Positions 1-10,316 are shown, numbered from the stretch's first letter. The stretch: DNA of 64,000 bases from Candidatus Calescibacterium sp. (GCA_025057615.1 JANXBF010000002.1:16654-80653), one strand, 5' to 3'. Notes: generated from the letters alone by a model not told the origin. Translations and numbers: made by a program.

Positions 1-653
1 GTTTGCTCTACAGAGAAAGCTGTTTTGTCACAAAAAATGTCAAAAAATTCTGTAAGAGATCTTATTTCAAACTTTTTCTTTCCCAAATGTTCTATGTATT
101 CATTAAAATTTTCTGGTGGTATGTGTGCTAAAAATGTTGGGATTATCTTTATTGGTGAAAATTTTGAGATCTCTTTAATCAGTTTTAGGTGTTCTATTTC
201 TTTATCTATTTCTATAGCGTATCCATTTTTTATTTCTATTAATGTTGTTCCATTGTTAATGCTATCTTTTATTCTCTGTATTAGAAGTTTTTTTAGATTC
301 GGTGAGTTAATAGTTTGGTTAACTGTATATTTTATTCCACCTCCTTCTTGAGCTATTTCTTGATAAGTCTTTCCTTGTTGGCGTTTGAGAAAATCCGTGA
401 TTCTTTTACCATCGAATAGTAGGTGTGTGTGGCAATCTATGAAACCTGGGCATAAGTAATGGTTAGAAATATCTATGATTTTTGTTTCCTTATTTATTTC
501 TGATTTTAGATCTTGGTATTTCCCTATTTTTTCTATTGTTCCTTTTTTTAAGGATATACAATATTGGTTGTATTCATATAATTGAGGATTATTTGTTATA
601 GGGGTATCTGTGAGGGGAGTGATTATATTTGCATTGACGATTAAATATTCCAT
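1..653 (-). CDS. hutI: imidazolonepropionase (5' part; runs off window start)
   Basis: Manual minus-strand translation: MEYLIVNANII...PGFIDCHTHLLFDG...YQEIAQEGGGIKYTV...GTTLIEIKNGY...PTFLAH, matching HutI motifs; absent from the ORF track because it is truncated. Confidence 0.88.
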   Translation of the reverse strand, partial: MEYLIVNANIITPLTDTPITNNPQLYEYNQYCISLKKGTIEKIGKYQDLKSEINKETKIIDISNHYLCPGFIDCHTHLLFDGKRITDFLKRQQGKTYQEIAQEGGGIKYTVNQTINSPNLKKLLIQRIKDSINNGTTLIEIKNGYAIEIDKEIEHLKLIKEISKFSPIKIIPTFLAHIPPENFNEYIEHLGKKKFEIRSLTEFFDIFCDKTAFSVEQ

Positions 654-2134
654 CATATGTTCTGAAGTTTTTTTTCTAAGTATTTTATGAAGTGGTCTGG
701 ATTGATTTTTTCATTAGTTATTTTCTCAACTAATTCCTGGGTTGTGTAAGTTTTTCCTTTTAAGTAGATATTTTCCTTTAGAAAATTGATTATATTTTCA
801 AATTTTCCTTTTTCTATTTCTTCTGTTTTGATGTTGTTTTGTAGGGTATTGTATATTTGTGCTGCTATTAGGTTTCCGAGTGTGTAGGTTGGGAAATATC
901 CGAACAGCGATTCTGCCCAATGTATGTCTTGCAGAATTCCTTCGCTGTCATCTTTGGGATAATATCCGAAATATTCTTTGAATGTTTCATTCCACAATTC
1001 TGGTATTTCTTGAATTTTTATATTTTTGTTAAATATTTCTCTTTCAATATTGAATCTCATGATTATGTGCAGATTATAAGTTGTTTCATCTGCTTCAGTT
1101 CTTATTGGTTGTAATTCTATCCTATTTATAGATTTTACAAATTCTTCTAGTTTAATTTTCTTGACCTCAGGGATATATTTTATTAGTTCATCATAGAAGT
1201 AGTTCCAAAAGTTCAGACTTCTTCCTATTAGATTTTCAAAGAATCTTGATTGGGATTCGTGAATACTGAGTGATGCGCTTGATGATACTGGTTGCCCAAA
1301 GTATTTGTCTGTTGGTAGGTAGTAATCATATATTGCGTGTCCGAGTTCGTGTAATGTGCCAAATATTGCACTTTCAATGTTAGTGTACCTTGTTGTTATT
1401 CTTACATCGAATGGAGATATTGCGGTTGCAAATGGATGGGATGTGGGGTCTAATCTTATATCTAAGTTACTGATTTTTTTTACTAGGTATTTACAAAATT
1501 GTTCCAATTTTTCTTTTTCGAATTTTATATTTTTCAGGTTAGTTTTTGTTTCTGTTTTGTCTTTATATTTTTTTATCAATGGTATCAGTTTTTCTTTTAA
1601 TTTTGTAAATATTTTTTCTATTTGTTTAGGATTAATGTCGATTTCATATCCCTTAACTAGTGCTTCATATGGTTCTTCTTCATATCCCCATTTTTCTATC
1701 ATTTCTCTATTGATTTCTATTATTTTTTTTAGGAACGGTAGCAAATGTTTGAATTTTTTTTCTTTTTTATCTTGTTCCCAAGCTTGTAGTGATGATGGTA
1801 TTAGTTGTGACAATTTTGTGATTAATTTGGGGGGTATTTTTATGTTTCTTTCATATTCAAATTTCCACCATTTTATATTTACCCATTCTGGACTATATTT
1901 TTCATATTCTTCTGGGCTTATGGATTCTATTAATTTTCCATAGTTTTTTGAGGTCTTTTGTTTGTGTATATATTCTGTAATTATTGCTATTTGTTGTCCT
2001 CTATATTTTGCAGCTTTGGGATTCATACATACTCTGTCATCCCAATACAGTAAACTCAGGATGCTTTCGTAATGCCCAAGTTTCTCGTTTAACTTTAATA
2101 ATTTTTTGTAGTTTTTGTTTTTTAAGCTTAACAT
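653..2134 (-). CDS. carboxypeptidase, peptidase family M32 (Taq-type)
   Basis: HPF, DVRITT, HELGH (HEXXH), HESQSRF, IRTEADE, GILQDIHW and GYFPTYTLG motifs. Confidence 0.95.
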   Translation of the reverse strand: MLSLKNKNYKKLLKLNEKLGHYESILSLLYWDDRVCMNPKAAKYRGQQIAIITEYIHKQKTSKNYGKLIESISPEEYEKYSPEWVNIKWWKFEYERNIKIPPKLITKLSQLIPSSLQAWEQDKKEKKFKHLLPFLKKIIEINREMIEKWGYEEEPYEALVKGYEIDINPKQIEKIFTKLKEKLIPLIKKYKDKTETKTNLKNIKFEKEKLEQFCKYLVKKISNLDIRLDPTSHPFATAISPFDVRITTRYTNIESAIFGTLHELGHAIYDYYLPTDKYFGQPVSSSASLSIHESQSRFFENLIGRSLNFWNYFYDELIKYIPEVKKIKLEEFVKSINRIELQPIRTEADETTYNLHIIMRFNIEREIFNKNIKIQEIPELWNETFKEYFGYYPKDDSEGILQDIHWAESLFGYFPTYTLGNLIAAQIYNTLQNNIKTEEIEKGKFENIINFLKENIYLKGKTYTTQELVEKITNEKINPDHFIKYLEKKLQNI

Positions 2135-2247
2135 TATTCCCTCCTTATTTGGTTTTTATAATTATTTCAACTCAGGTTTTTATTAAACCTCCTATAGGAA
2201 ATGTTTTACATAGGAAGAATAATTATAAAAAATGAAAAATATATAAG

Positions 2248-2745
2248 ATGGAATTGCTGTTTGATAGAATAAGTATAAACAAAGCTTTAGATAAAATATT
2301 TACGGATATCAAATGTTATCTTTCTGATATTAGTGGGGATGTTCACTTTATTACCATTCTTAAAGAGGGTATTCATTTCTCGGTCGATCTATCAAAAATG
2401 TTAAATGAATATGATTTAATTTTTGATTACATTTTTTTAGAAAACATTAATCCAGATAATAGAGAGCTGGCTATAGAAAAGGATATTTTTTTGCCTGTCA
2501 AGAATAAGAGAGTGATTGTTTGTTCAGTTTTAACAAGGAGTGGTTATGAATTGAGTTTTATGGAAAATTATTTGAGAATAAGAGGTGCCTTGGAAGTTAA
2601 GACTGTTTCCTTGATATGTAAAGAGGGTGCTAATAAAAAGCCGGATTTCTATTTTTTTGAAGTTCCTTCGAGTTACTATCTTGTTGGTTATGGTCTTGGA
2701 TTTGATGAGAAGTATAGGAATTTGGAAGGAATATACAAGTTATAA
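2248..2745 (+). CDS. hypoxanthine phosphoribosyltransferase-like protein with degenerate PRPP motif
   Basis: ILKEG, YLVGYGLGFDEKYRNL C-terminal HPRT signature; PRPP loop reads VIVCSVLTRSG. Confidence 0.65.
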   Translation: MELLFDRISINKALDKIFTDIKCYLSDISGDVHFITILKEGIHFSVDLSKMLNEYDLIFDYIFLENINPDNRELAIEKDIFLPVKNKRVIVCSVLTRSGYELSFMENYLRIRGALEVKTVSLICKEGANKKPDFYFFEVPSSYYLVGYGLGFDEKYRNLEGIYKL

Positions 2746-2748
2746 AAG

Positions 2749-3594
2749 ATGCTATTTTTAATTGATACTTATAGTATTCTGTATCGTCTTTTTTTTGCTC
2801 TACCTAAGCTTTCTTATAATGGTATTCAGCTTAATTCAATATATGGAATATCAAAGTTAATGATAAAATTGACTAAACAATATAGACCGAAATATTTGGC
2901 TTTCTGTATAGATAAAGGTAGATCTAATCGCAATGAAGTAATTAAAGAATACAAAATGAATAGGAAGCCAACATTGGATGAGTTCAAACAGCAGATACCT
3001 ATATTTTATGAATTTGCAAACTCTGCGGGATTCATGGTTTATGGTATTGATAATCTGGAAGCCGATGATGTTATTTTTACTCTAACTCGGATTTTTAAAA
3101 ACCAATCTGAAATTTACGTTCTTACTGGAGATAAAGATTTACTACAAGTTATAGACGACAATGTTAATGTTTTACTAATGAAAAAGGGGATAACGGATAT
3201 CGATTTTTTCAATTACATCAATTTTGAAAAGGAGTTTGGATTTTGTAGTAAGTTTTATCCTTATTACAAAGCACTTGTTGGAGACCCTTCGGATAATATA
3301 AAAGGAGTAAAGGGTATTGGACCTAAAAAAGCAACTCAAATATTGAAAAATATCCAATCATTGGAAGAAATATACAAACATTTGAGCCCATCCGAGACTA
3401 AAATTTTCAATGATAATCTTTCTGTAATTATACTTAAAGATTATTCTAAAAATTTGAAAATCGAAATAAATCTGGATGATCTTAAAGTTGTATATGATTG
3501 GTACAAAAATGAAGAGTTTGTTAAATTTCTGAAGAATTACTCGTTTGTGAGTATTTTGAATGAAGTGGAGGATAAACAGTTAAAATTATTCTGA
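2749..3594 (+). CDS. stand-alone 5'-3' exonuclease / flap endonuclease (Pol I N-terminal domain)
   Basis: LIDTYSILYR, EYKMNR, EADDVI, TGDKDLLQ and GDPSDNIKGVKGIGPKKA motifs; no polymerase domain. Confidence 0.9.
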   Translation: MLFLIDTYSILYRLFFALPKLSYNGIQLNSIYGISKLMIKLTKQYRPKYLAFCIDKGRSNRNEVIKEYKMNRKPTLDEFKQQIPIFYEFANSAGFMVYGIDNLEADDVIFTLTRIFKNQSEIYVLTGDKDLLQVIDDNVNVLLMKKGITDIDFFNYINFEKEFGFCSKFYPYYKALVGDPSDNIKGVKGIGPKKATQILKNIQSLEEIYKHLSPSETKIFNDNLSVIILKDYSKNLKIEINLDDLKVVYDWYKNEEFVKFLKNYSFVSILNEVEDKQLKLF

Positions 3595-3608
3595 TGAGGA
3601 GATTTTTG

Positions 3609-3697
3609 GGAGGGATGGCTGAGCGGTCTAAGGCGGCGGTCTCGAAAACCGTTGTGGGATTTTATTCCCACCGGGGGTTCGAATCCCCCTCCCTCCT
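3609..3697 (+). tRNA. tRNA-Ser(CGA)
   Basis: GGAGGGA/TCCCTCC acceptor stem, anticodon loop CT-CGA-AA, long variable arm, GGTTCGAATCC T-arm; CCA not encoded. Confidence 0.95.
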
Positions 3698-3706
3698 TAG
3701 ATTCTG

Positions 3707-4966
3707 ATGGATATAATTGAGATAAAGAAAATAATTTCTGAGTGGAATCAATCTATATCTAAACCCGATAATTATAAAATGATAAAAACCATTCGTGAAA
3801 TAATAGGTGTTTATTCTAAATTGGATGAAAAACAAAAAGAATTATTTATTTTTAATTTTAAGCCTATTCAGAAAAAAATATTTGATAATATATATTCTAA
3901 TGATCCTTTGTTGAGAAGGTCTGTTGTTAATCTTGCCATTTCTCTTAATACTAATGAATTGATAGCAGACGTTATAAAATATCTGAAAGTTGAGAAGGAT
4001 TACGAGAATATAATGGTTTATTTGAAATATATAGATAAATTTAAGGTTGTGGGTTTTATAGAAAACTTGTTTGGCTTCGCTAAACAGGTTGACCTTCCAT
4101 TGATTATCAGGTTTAAGACTTTTTCTATTATATTTTCATTAGCAATAAATTATAAAAATAATTCTCTTATTTTAGACCATTTTTTTTCAATGTTAAATGA
4201 GTTAGTGAGAAACCAAAATTTTAATTACTCTGTTTTATCGTTATTTTTAAAAAACTTGATTAATGATCTTTTAGTTTATTATAGAGGGGATGATGTTCCA
4301 AAAGTTGTTTCTATTTTTTCTGACTTCTATAACAGTCTTTTCTTCAAAATATTTGATTTTATCAGGTATTTTTTGGTTAGAGTTGATAATGAGGAAAAAT
4401 CGGAAATTTTGGTTTTGGCCTTTATTTTAATTTTTCTAATATCTGTAACATTAGATAAGATAGGATACTTTTCTGATGAAAAGAATATTTCTGGTGTTAA
4501 GGGGTTATTGTACAAGGATTTAGATTTGGTTTCCTTTTTAAAACAGATAGTCCTTGAGCTAAAAAACAAAACTTACTTTTTTTTATTTTTTAGTAATTTC
4601 TTGAAGGATTACGGTCTTTTGAATGAGTTGAAGAAAATTTTGGATACAGATCAAAGTTTTACTGAAATTCTTGTTAGTTTACTTTCTAATGATAATGAAA
4701 AGTTGAATTATCAAATTTTGAGTTTAATTTCTGAATTTGATTTGACAATTGGACATAATGGATTGAAAAAAATAGCCGATTTTGCTAAAAATAGTTTTAA
4801 TGAAAATATTGTTTATACTTGTCTGGAAATATTTGATAAAAATGGATATTATGAAGATATTTTTTATTTTGCGAAATATTCAAGTTCTTACGGTGAAAGG
4901 ATTAAAATTAAGATTAAGGAATTGTTAAAAAAAATGACGAAAGGAAAAACTGAGGATGAAGGATAG
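3707..4966 (+). CDS. hypothetical all-helical (HEAT/ARM-like) protein
   Basis: 419-aa ORF with amphipathic helical segments such as SNDPLLRRSVVNL; no catalytic motif recognised. Confidence 0.6.
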   Translation: MDIIEIKKIISEWNQSISKPDNYKMIKTIREIIGVYSKLDEKQKELFIFNFKPIQKKIFDNIYSNDPLLRRSVVNLAISLNTNELIADVIKYLKVEKDYENIMVYLKYIDKFKVVGFIENLFGFAKQVDLPLIIRFKTFSIIFSLAINYKNNSLILDHFFSMLNELVRNQNFNYSVLSLFLKNLINDLLVYYRGDDVPKVVSIFSDFYNSLFFKIFDFIRYFLVRVDNEEKSEILVLAFILIFLISVTLDKIGYFSDEKNISGVKGLLYKDLDLVSFLKQIVLELKNKTYFFLFFSNFLKDYGLLNELKKILDTDQSFTEILVSLLSNDNEKLNYQILSLISEFDLTIGHNGLKKIADFAKNSFNENIVYTCLEIFDKNGYYEDIFYFAKYSSSYGERIKIKIKELLKKMTKGKTEDEG

Positions 4967-5555
4967 GTTAACAATTTTTGTTGGTCTGGGAAACCCTGGA
5001 AAACAATACAAAAATACACGTCATAATGTTGGTTTTATTGTCTTGGAGAATTTTTTAGAGAATTTGCGTGATCTTTCGGAAATAAGGAAAGATTATAAAT
5101 TTAATAGTATTATAAATGAGTTTATTTTATTTGACTCTAAAGTTGTTTGTGTTTTTCCCTTAACTTATATGAATTTAGCTGGTATAGCAGTAAAACAGAT
5201 AATCAATTATTATAAAGTTAATGATTTAAGGAATAGCCTTGTAGTTATCAATGATGATATGGATGTTGATTTGGGTTATTTTAAGTTGCGGATTAATGGA
5301 GGTGATGGTGGACATAATGGGGTTAGATCTATTATTGATCATATAGGTAAGGATTTTTGTCGTATAAAGGTTGGAATATCTAGACCCGCTGATAAAAATT
5401 ATAAAGAGTATGTGCTTCAAAATTTCTCTGATGAAGAAATTATTAGGATCAAAGAAATATTACCTACTTTGTCTTTGGTATTAAAAAATATTATAAAAGA
5501 GGGTTTTGTTTTAACGATGTCTAAAGTAGGAACATTCTTGATAAAAAAAAATTGA
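4956..5555 (+). CDS. pth: peptidyl-tRNA hydrolase
   Basis: VGLGNPGKQYKNTRHNVGF, TYMNLAG and GGHNG motifs. Confidence 0.96.
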   Translation: MKDRLTIFVGLGNPGKQYKNTRHNVGFIVLENFLENLRDLSEIRKDYKFNSIINEFILFDSKVVCVFPLTYMNLAGIAVKQIINYYKVNDLRNSLVVINDDMDVDLGYFKLRINGGDGGHNGVRSIIDHIGKDFCRIKVGISRPADKNYKEYVLQNFSDEEIIRIKEILPTLSLVLKNIIKEGFVLTMSKVGTFLIKKN

Positions 5556-5574
5556 TTGAAAGGGGTTTTTATCT

Positions 5575-6930
5575 ATGGATAAGCAAAAATTTTATGAAAT
5601 AGCTACGAAGAGGCTAATACCTCATTTTGCATTGTGGAAAGAAATAGAAAAATATGGACCAAGAATAATTTCTCGTGCTAAAGGAGTGTATCTTTGGGAT
5701 ATTGATGGGAACAAATATGTTGATGCAATGTCTATTCTTTGGGTTGTTAACGTTGGACATGGAAGAAGAGAAATTATAGATGCTATGAGGGAGCAAATGG
5801 AGAAGATAAATTATGTTTCTCTTTTTGGGGGTTATCATCATGAAAAAGCTCTTGAGTTGGCTGACTTGATTTGTTCAATCTTGCCCGTTGAATCAGTGTT
5901 TTTTTCTAATAGTGGTAGTGAAGCCATAGAAACTGCTATAAAGTTAGCAAGGCAGTATCATCACATTGTTGGTAACTCTCAGAAATACAAGATTGTTGGA
6001 AGATGGCATTCTTATCATGGGGTTACTTATGGTGCATTGAGTGTTTCTGGTATAAGACAGAATAGGAATTTTTTTGAGCCTTTGGTTCCAGGTTTTATTC
6101 ATTTTGAGGTGCCTTATTGCTACAGATGTCCTTTTAATCAACGTTTTCCTGAGTGCGGGTTAAGGTGTGCAGATGATTTTGAGAGATTGGTTGAGAATGA
6201 AGGACCTAAGACCATTGCTGCTGTCATTGTTGAGCCTATTATGTCAGCTTTGGGTTCTGTTTATCCTCCTGATATTAAAAGATATTATTCTAAAATAAGG
6301 GAAATTTGTGATAAATATGATATTCTCTTAATATTTGATGAGGTTAATAATGGTTTTGGTAGAACGGGTAGATTTTTTGCTTATGAACATACTGGAGTTA
6401 TTCCTGATATGTTTGTATTTGGAAAAGGAATAACAAGTGGTTATGCTCCGTTAGGTGCTACTGCTGTTAGTAAAAAAATAAGTGATGTTTTTAAGGATTG
6501 GATGTTTGTTCATGGGTTTACTTTTGGGGGACATCCGGTATCCTCAGCTGCTTCTATAGAAAATATAAAAATAATACAGAATGAGAGGTTATATGATAAT
6601 GCGCGTGTTATGGGTGAGTATCTCCATCAAAGGTTACAGGAGTTGTATGAGTTTGATATTGTTGGTGATGTAAGGGGTATAGGTTTACATTGGTCTATTG
6701 AATATGTGGATGATAAGAAGACAAAGAAAAGTATTCCTTCTAAATTCTGGGTTGCTTCCAAAATTGAGAAAGAGCTTTTGAAGAATGGAGTATATTTAGC
6801 TCGTGCTTCTGTGGATAGAACCTATATTGCGCCTCCTTTGATTATTAACAAAGAAGAAATAGACTATATAGTAGAGGCTTTAAAGAAATCTATTTATGCT
6901 GTTCAAAAGGAATACAAATCGGCTGTATAG
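5575..6930 (+). CDS. class III PLP aminotransferase (omega-amino acid/BioA-like subgroup)
   Basis: SGSEAIE, SYHG, DEVNNGFGRTG, GKGITSGYAPL and HGFTFGGHP motifs. Confidence 0.9.
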   Translation: MDKQKFYEIATKRLIPHFALWKEIEKYGPRIISRAKGVYLWDIDGNKYVDAMSILWVVNVGHGRREIIDAMREQMEKINYVSLFGGYHHEKALELADLICSILPVESVFFSNSGSEAIETAIKLARQYHHIVGNSQKYKIVGRWHSYHGVTYGALSVSGIRQNRNFFEPLVPGFIHFEVPYCYRCPFNQRFPECGLRCADDFERLVENEGPKTIAAVIVEPIMSALGSVYPPDIKRYYSKIREICDKYDILLIFDEVNNGFGRTGRFFAYEHTGVIPDMFVFGKGITSGYAPLGATAVSKKISDVFKDWMFVHGFTFGGHPVSSAASIENIKIIQNERLYDNARVMGEYLHQRLQELYEFDIVGDVRGIGLHWSIEYVDDKKTKKSIPSKFWVASKIEKELLKNGVYLARASVDRTYIAPPLIINKEEIDYIVEALKKSIYAVQKEYKSAV

Positions 6931-6966
6931 AGGGTTTAGGAATTTTTTATTGAATATTATTTTTGT

Positions 6967-7038
6967 GCCGGTGTAGCTCAGTGGCAGAGCAGGTGATTTG
7001 TAATCACCAGGTCAGGGGTTCAAATCCCCTCACCGGCT
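6967..7038 (+). tRNA. tRNA-Thr(TGT)
   Basis: GCCGGTG/CACCGGC acceptor stem, GGTGA-TT-TGT-AA-TCACC anticodon arm, GGTTCAAATCC; CCA not encoded. Confidence 0.95.
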
Positions 7039-7050
7039 TAAATTCCAACT

Positions 7051-8178
7051 ATGTCTAAAAGTGAGGTCATTTTCAATGAGCTCTTAAGAGCAATGGTTGC
7101 CAATAGAGCTTCTGACCTCTATATTAAACCTTTACATAGTCCTATTTTTAGAATAGAAGGGGAGCTTTATCCTGTTAAGATAGATGATATATTACCGAAT
7201 TTTACAGAGGATATATTGGACCTTGTTGCCACTCCAAGTCAAAAGAAATCATTTGAGACCTCTCCTGAGCTCAATTTGATGTATTCTGTACCTGACGTAA
7301 GGGACAGGTATAGGATTAATTTCTATAAAAATAAAGGATATATTTCTTTGGTTGTTAGGAGGATAAATTCTGTTATCCCGACTATTGAAGAATTAAATTT
7401 ACCTTCTATATTGAAAAAGTTTGTTCTTTATAAAAGGGGATTGGTTATAGTTTCTGGTGCTACCGGAACAGGTAAGTCAACAACTTTGGCTTCCATGCTT
7501 GATTTTGTTAATCAGAATTATAGAAAACATATAGTTACAATAGAAGATCCAATTGAATTTATAATAGAGGATAAGAAATCCTATATTTCACAAAGAGAAG
7601 TTGGGATAGATACCAATAGTTTTTCTGATGCTTTGAAAAGTGTTGTTAGACAGACACCTGATATAATAATGGTTGGAGAGACAAGAGACAAAATAACTGC
7701 ATCAAGTATCCTTCAGTTATCTGAGACCGGGCATTTGATATTGACAACTCTGCACTCTCCAAATACCGTACAGGCTATAATTAGGATATTACAGTTTTTT
7801 GAACAATCTGAACATAGAGAAATTGTCAATTACTTAGCTTCCAATCTTATAGCTGTTGTTAGTCAGAGACTTATCCCTCGAATTGATAAGAAGGGAAGAG
7901 TTCCAGTTGCTGAAGTTTTGATAATAAATGCAAGAATGCAGGAATTGTTGATGGATATGGAGTTTAAACGAATGAAATCAGAAATAGATAGTTTTTTGAC
8001 TGATGGTATGCAGTCTTTTGATATTTCATTAATAAGACTCTATGCTAAGGGATTAATTAGCTTAGAGACTGCTCTGGAATATGCTGAAGTTCCACATGAT
8101 TTACAGTTAAAAATAAGAACTTGGGGTGTAAAACCAGGTGGAGAGTTGCCTGAAAATCTCGAAGCACTATCTGAATAA
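7051..8178 (+). CDS. type IV pilus retraction ATPase, PilT/PilU family
   Basis: GATGTGKSTT Walker A, TIEDPIE, QREVG, MVGETRD, TGHL..TLH and GMQSFD motifs; AIRNLIRE motif not conserved. Confidence 0.92.
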   Translation: MSKSEVIFNELLRAMVANRASDLYIKPLHSPIFRIEGELYPVKIDDILPNFTEDILDLVATPSQKKSFETSPELNLMYSVPDVRDRYRINFYKNKGYISLVVRRINSVIPTIEELNLPSILKKFVLYKRGLVIVSGATGTGKSTTLASMLDFVNQNYRKHIVTIEDPIEFIIEDKKSYISQREVGIDTNSFSDALKSVVRQTPDIIMVGETRDKITASSILQLSETGHLILTTLHSPNTVQAIIRILQFFEQSEHREIVNYLASNLIAVVSQRLIPRIDKKGRVPVAEVLIINARMQELLMDMEFKRMKSEIDSFLTDGMQSFDISLIRLYAKGLISLETALEYAEVPHDLQLKIRTWGVKPGGELPENLEALSE

Positions 8179-8228
8179 AGGAAAAAGATGATATTTGGTG
8201 TATTAAAAAATAGGAGGTAGAAGTTTGT

Positions 8229-8423
8229 ATGTCAAGAGTATGTTATCTTTCAGGTAAGAAAACTGTTACCGGTTTTGCTGTTAGTCATTCAAACAGACAT
8301 ACGAAAAGAAAATGGAAAGTAAATTTGAGAAAAGTTAGGGTTGGAGATAAGGTTATTAAAGTTTCAGCCAAATACTTGAGAAAGTTTGGTGTTATTCTTA
8401 AATCTGGAAATATGAATATCTAA
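8229..8423 (+). CDS. rpmB: 50S ribosomal protein L28
   Basis: MSRVCYLSGKK..GFAVSHSNRHTKRKWKVNL; AGGAGG RBS. Confidence 0.95.
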   Translation: MSRVCYLSGKKTVTGFAVSHSNRHTKRKWKVNLRKVRVGDKVIKVSAKYLRKFGVILKSGNMNI

Positions 8424-8447
8424 AATTTTAAAAGAGAGGGAGATAAT

Positions 8448-8762
8448 ATGTTGGCAATTGTTGAAATAAAAGGACATCAATATACTGTTAAGGATGGTCA
8501 AGTAATAACAACAGAAAAAATAGATGAAGAGCCTGGTAAAGAAATAGAAATAAAAAATGTTCTTTTACATTATGATGGTAAAGAACTGAAATTGGGAAAA
8601 CCATATTTAGACCCCAGTAGTTTGAATATTAATTTAAGAGGTAAAATTTTGAGACATTTTAAAGGACCTAAAATAATTGATTTTAAATATACACCTAAAA
8701 AGAGATATAGAAAAAAAAGAGGACATAGACAAGAATTAACGGAACTACAAATATTGTTTTGA
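8448..8762 (+). CDS. rplU: 50S ribosomal protein L21
   Basis: AIVEIKGHQY, LGKPY, KKRYRKKRGHRQELT. Confidence 0.95.
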   Translation: MLAIVEIKGHQYTVKDGQVITTEKIDEEPGKEIEIKNVLLHYDGKELKLGKPYLDPSSLNINLRGKILRHFKGPKIIDFKYTPKKRYRKKRGHRQELTELQILF

Positions 8763-8902
8763 TTTTTTGTAATATTAGTTCTCTTTTGTAGTGATTATAT
8801 TCTTTCCATGCAGATCGCCATGTTAATTTGGTTTGTCTCTAATTCATATATAAAGGGATAAATATCTGTTGTGTAGTATTATATTGAGTAGGGTAGAATT
8901 AT

Positions 8903-8979
8903 GGTGGGTGTAGCTCAGCGGTTAGAGCAGTGGACTGTGGATCCACGGGTCGGGGGTTCAAGTCCCCTCACCCACCCCA
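8903..8979 (+). tRNA. tRNA-His(GTG)
   Basis: G-1 plus GTGGGTG/CACCCAC stem, C73, encoded CCA, anticodon loop CT-GTG-GA. Confidence 0.95.
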
Positions 8980-8987
8980 AGTAAAAA

Positions 8988-10316
8988 ATGTCAATAAAAG
9001 TTACTCAAATACCGGGACCAAAGGTTGAAGAAATAGCAAGAGAAGAAAGAGAATTATTAGCCACATCAACTAAATGTTGGGATACTCCAGCAGGTCCTGT
9101 TGAGGCCAAGGGAATATACTTTAGAGATAAAGATGGTAATGTTTTGATGGATTGGACAAATGGAATGGTTGTTATCTTGGGTCATAATCATCCTAGATGG
9201 AATGAATCTGTAATAGACCAGATAAATAAATTTGTTTATTTCAATGGTCCAGATTTTGTTTATGATGTTCAGAAAGAGGCTGCAAAGATTCTTACCCAGA
9301 TAACTCCAGGTAACTGGAAAAAGAAAGTTTTCTTTTGTAACTCAGGTACTGAAGCTAATGAAGCCGCTATGAAACTTGCCAGAATATCTCAGAAAAAGAA
9401 CTTAATTATAGGTTTTCTTGGAGCATTTCATGGCAGAACTCAAGGTTCCCTATCTGTTACAGCTAGTAAGAGTGTTCAGAGAAAAGGTTATACTTCTTAC
9501 TTAAATAACTCTTTTTCTGTTCCTTATCCTTATTGTTATAGATGTTGGTATAATATGACCTATCCTTCGTGTGATCTTTATTGTATTAGAGTAATAGAGA
9601 GATATTTTCAGCATAATTTACCTCCTGATGATGTTGCTGCTTTTATATTTGAGCCTGTTCAAGGAGAAGGTGGATACATTGTTCCTCCACAGGAATCGTT
9701 TAAATTGTTGAAATCGATATTGGATAAGTATGGAATTTTAATGATAGCGGATGAAGTTCAGACAGGTTTTGGAAAAAGTGGTTACATGTTTGCTTCTTCA
9801 TACTTTGGAGTAGAACCAGATATAATCACTATCGCCAAAGCCATATCGAACGGTCTTCCCATGGGTGCAACAGTTTTCAGGGCTTCATTGGATTTTAAAG
9901 AGCAGGGGATGCACTCCAACACTTTTGGTGGAAATCCCTTATCCTGTAGATCTCTTATAGAAGTCTATAATATCATACAAGAAGAAAGTTTGTTAAAAAG
10001 AGTTGTGGATATGGGAAATTACTTCAAACAGAAGTTGTATGAACTTATGGAAAACAGCAGAACCATAGGTGATGTTAGAGTTTTGGGTATGTTAATTGGT
10101 ATAGAGTTTGTTAAGGATAGAAGTACCAAGGAACCTGCTAAGGAAATAAGAGATTTTGTGGTAAAAAGAGCATATGAAAAAGGGCTGTTACTTTTATCTT
10201 GTGGGCAATCTGTAATTAGAATAACTGCTTCTTATATTATTACTCAACAGGAAATAGATGAGGGTATTAGAATAATTAAAGAGGCGGTTGAGGAGGCTGA
10301 AAAGCTATTTTTATAA
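8988..10316 (+). CDS. class III PLP aminotransferase (4-aminobutyrate/acetylornithine aminotransferase-like)
   Basis: IPGPK N-terminus, NSGTEANEAA, AFHGRT, EPVQGEGGY, DEVQTGFG and HSNTFGGNP motifs. Confidence 0.9.
   Translation: MSIKVTQIPGPKVEEIAREERELLATSTKCWDTPAGPVEAKGIYFRDKDGNVLMDWTNGMVVILGHNHPRWNESVIDQINKFVYFNGPDFVYDVQKEAAKILTQITPGNWKKKVFFCNSGTEANEAAMKLARISQKKNLIIGFLGAFHGRTQGSLSVTASKSVQRKGYTSYLNNSFSVPYPYCYRCWYNMTYPSCDLYCIRVIERYFQHNLPPDDVAAFIFEPVQGEGGYIVPPQESFKLLKSILDKYGILMIADEVQTGFGKSGYMFASSYFGVEPDIITIAKAISNGLPMGATVFRASLDFKEQGMHSNTFGGNPLSCRSLIEVYNIIQEESLLKRVVDMGNYFKQKLYELMENSRTIGDVRVLGMLIGIEFVKDRSTKEPAKEIRDFVVKRAYEKGLLLLSCGQSVIRITASYIITQQEIDEGIRIIKEAVEEAEKLFL

Noticed and set aside
25-351. 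108-aa plus-strand ORF
   Set aside because: Antisense shadow of hutI, which has clear motifs on the minus strand.
1356-1943. 195-aa plus-strand ORF and the many other short antisense ORFs in the track (e.g. 33411, 35961, 51481, 60127)
   Set aside because: They lie opposite well-supported genes, have F/S/I/L-rich shadow composition and carry no motifs.
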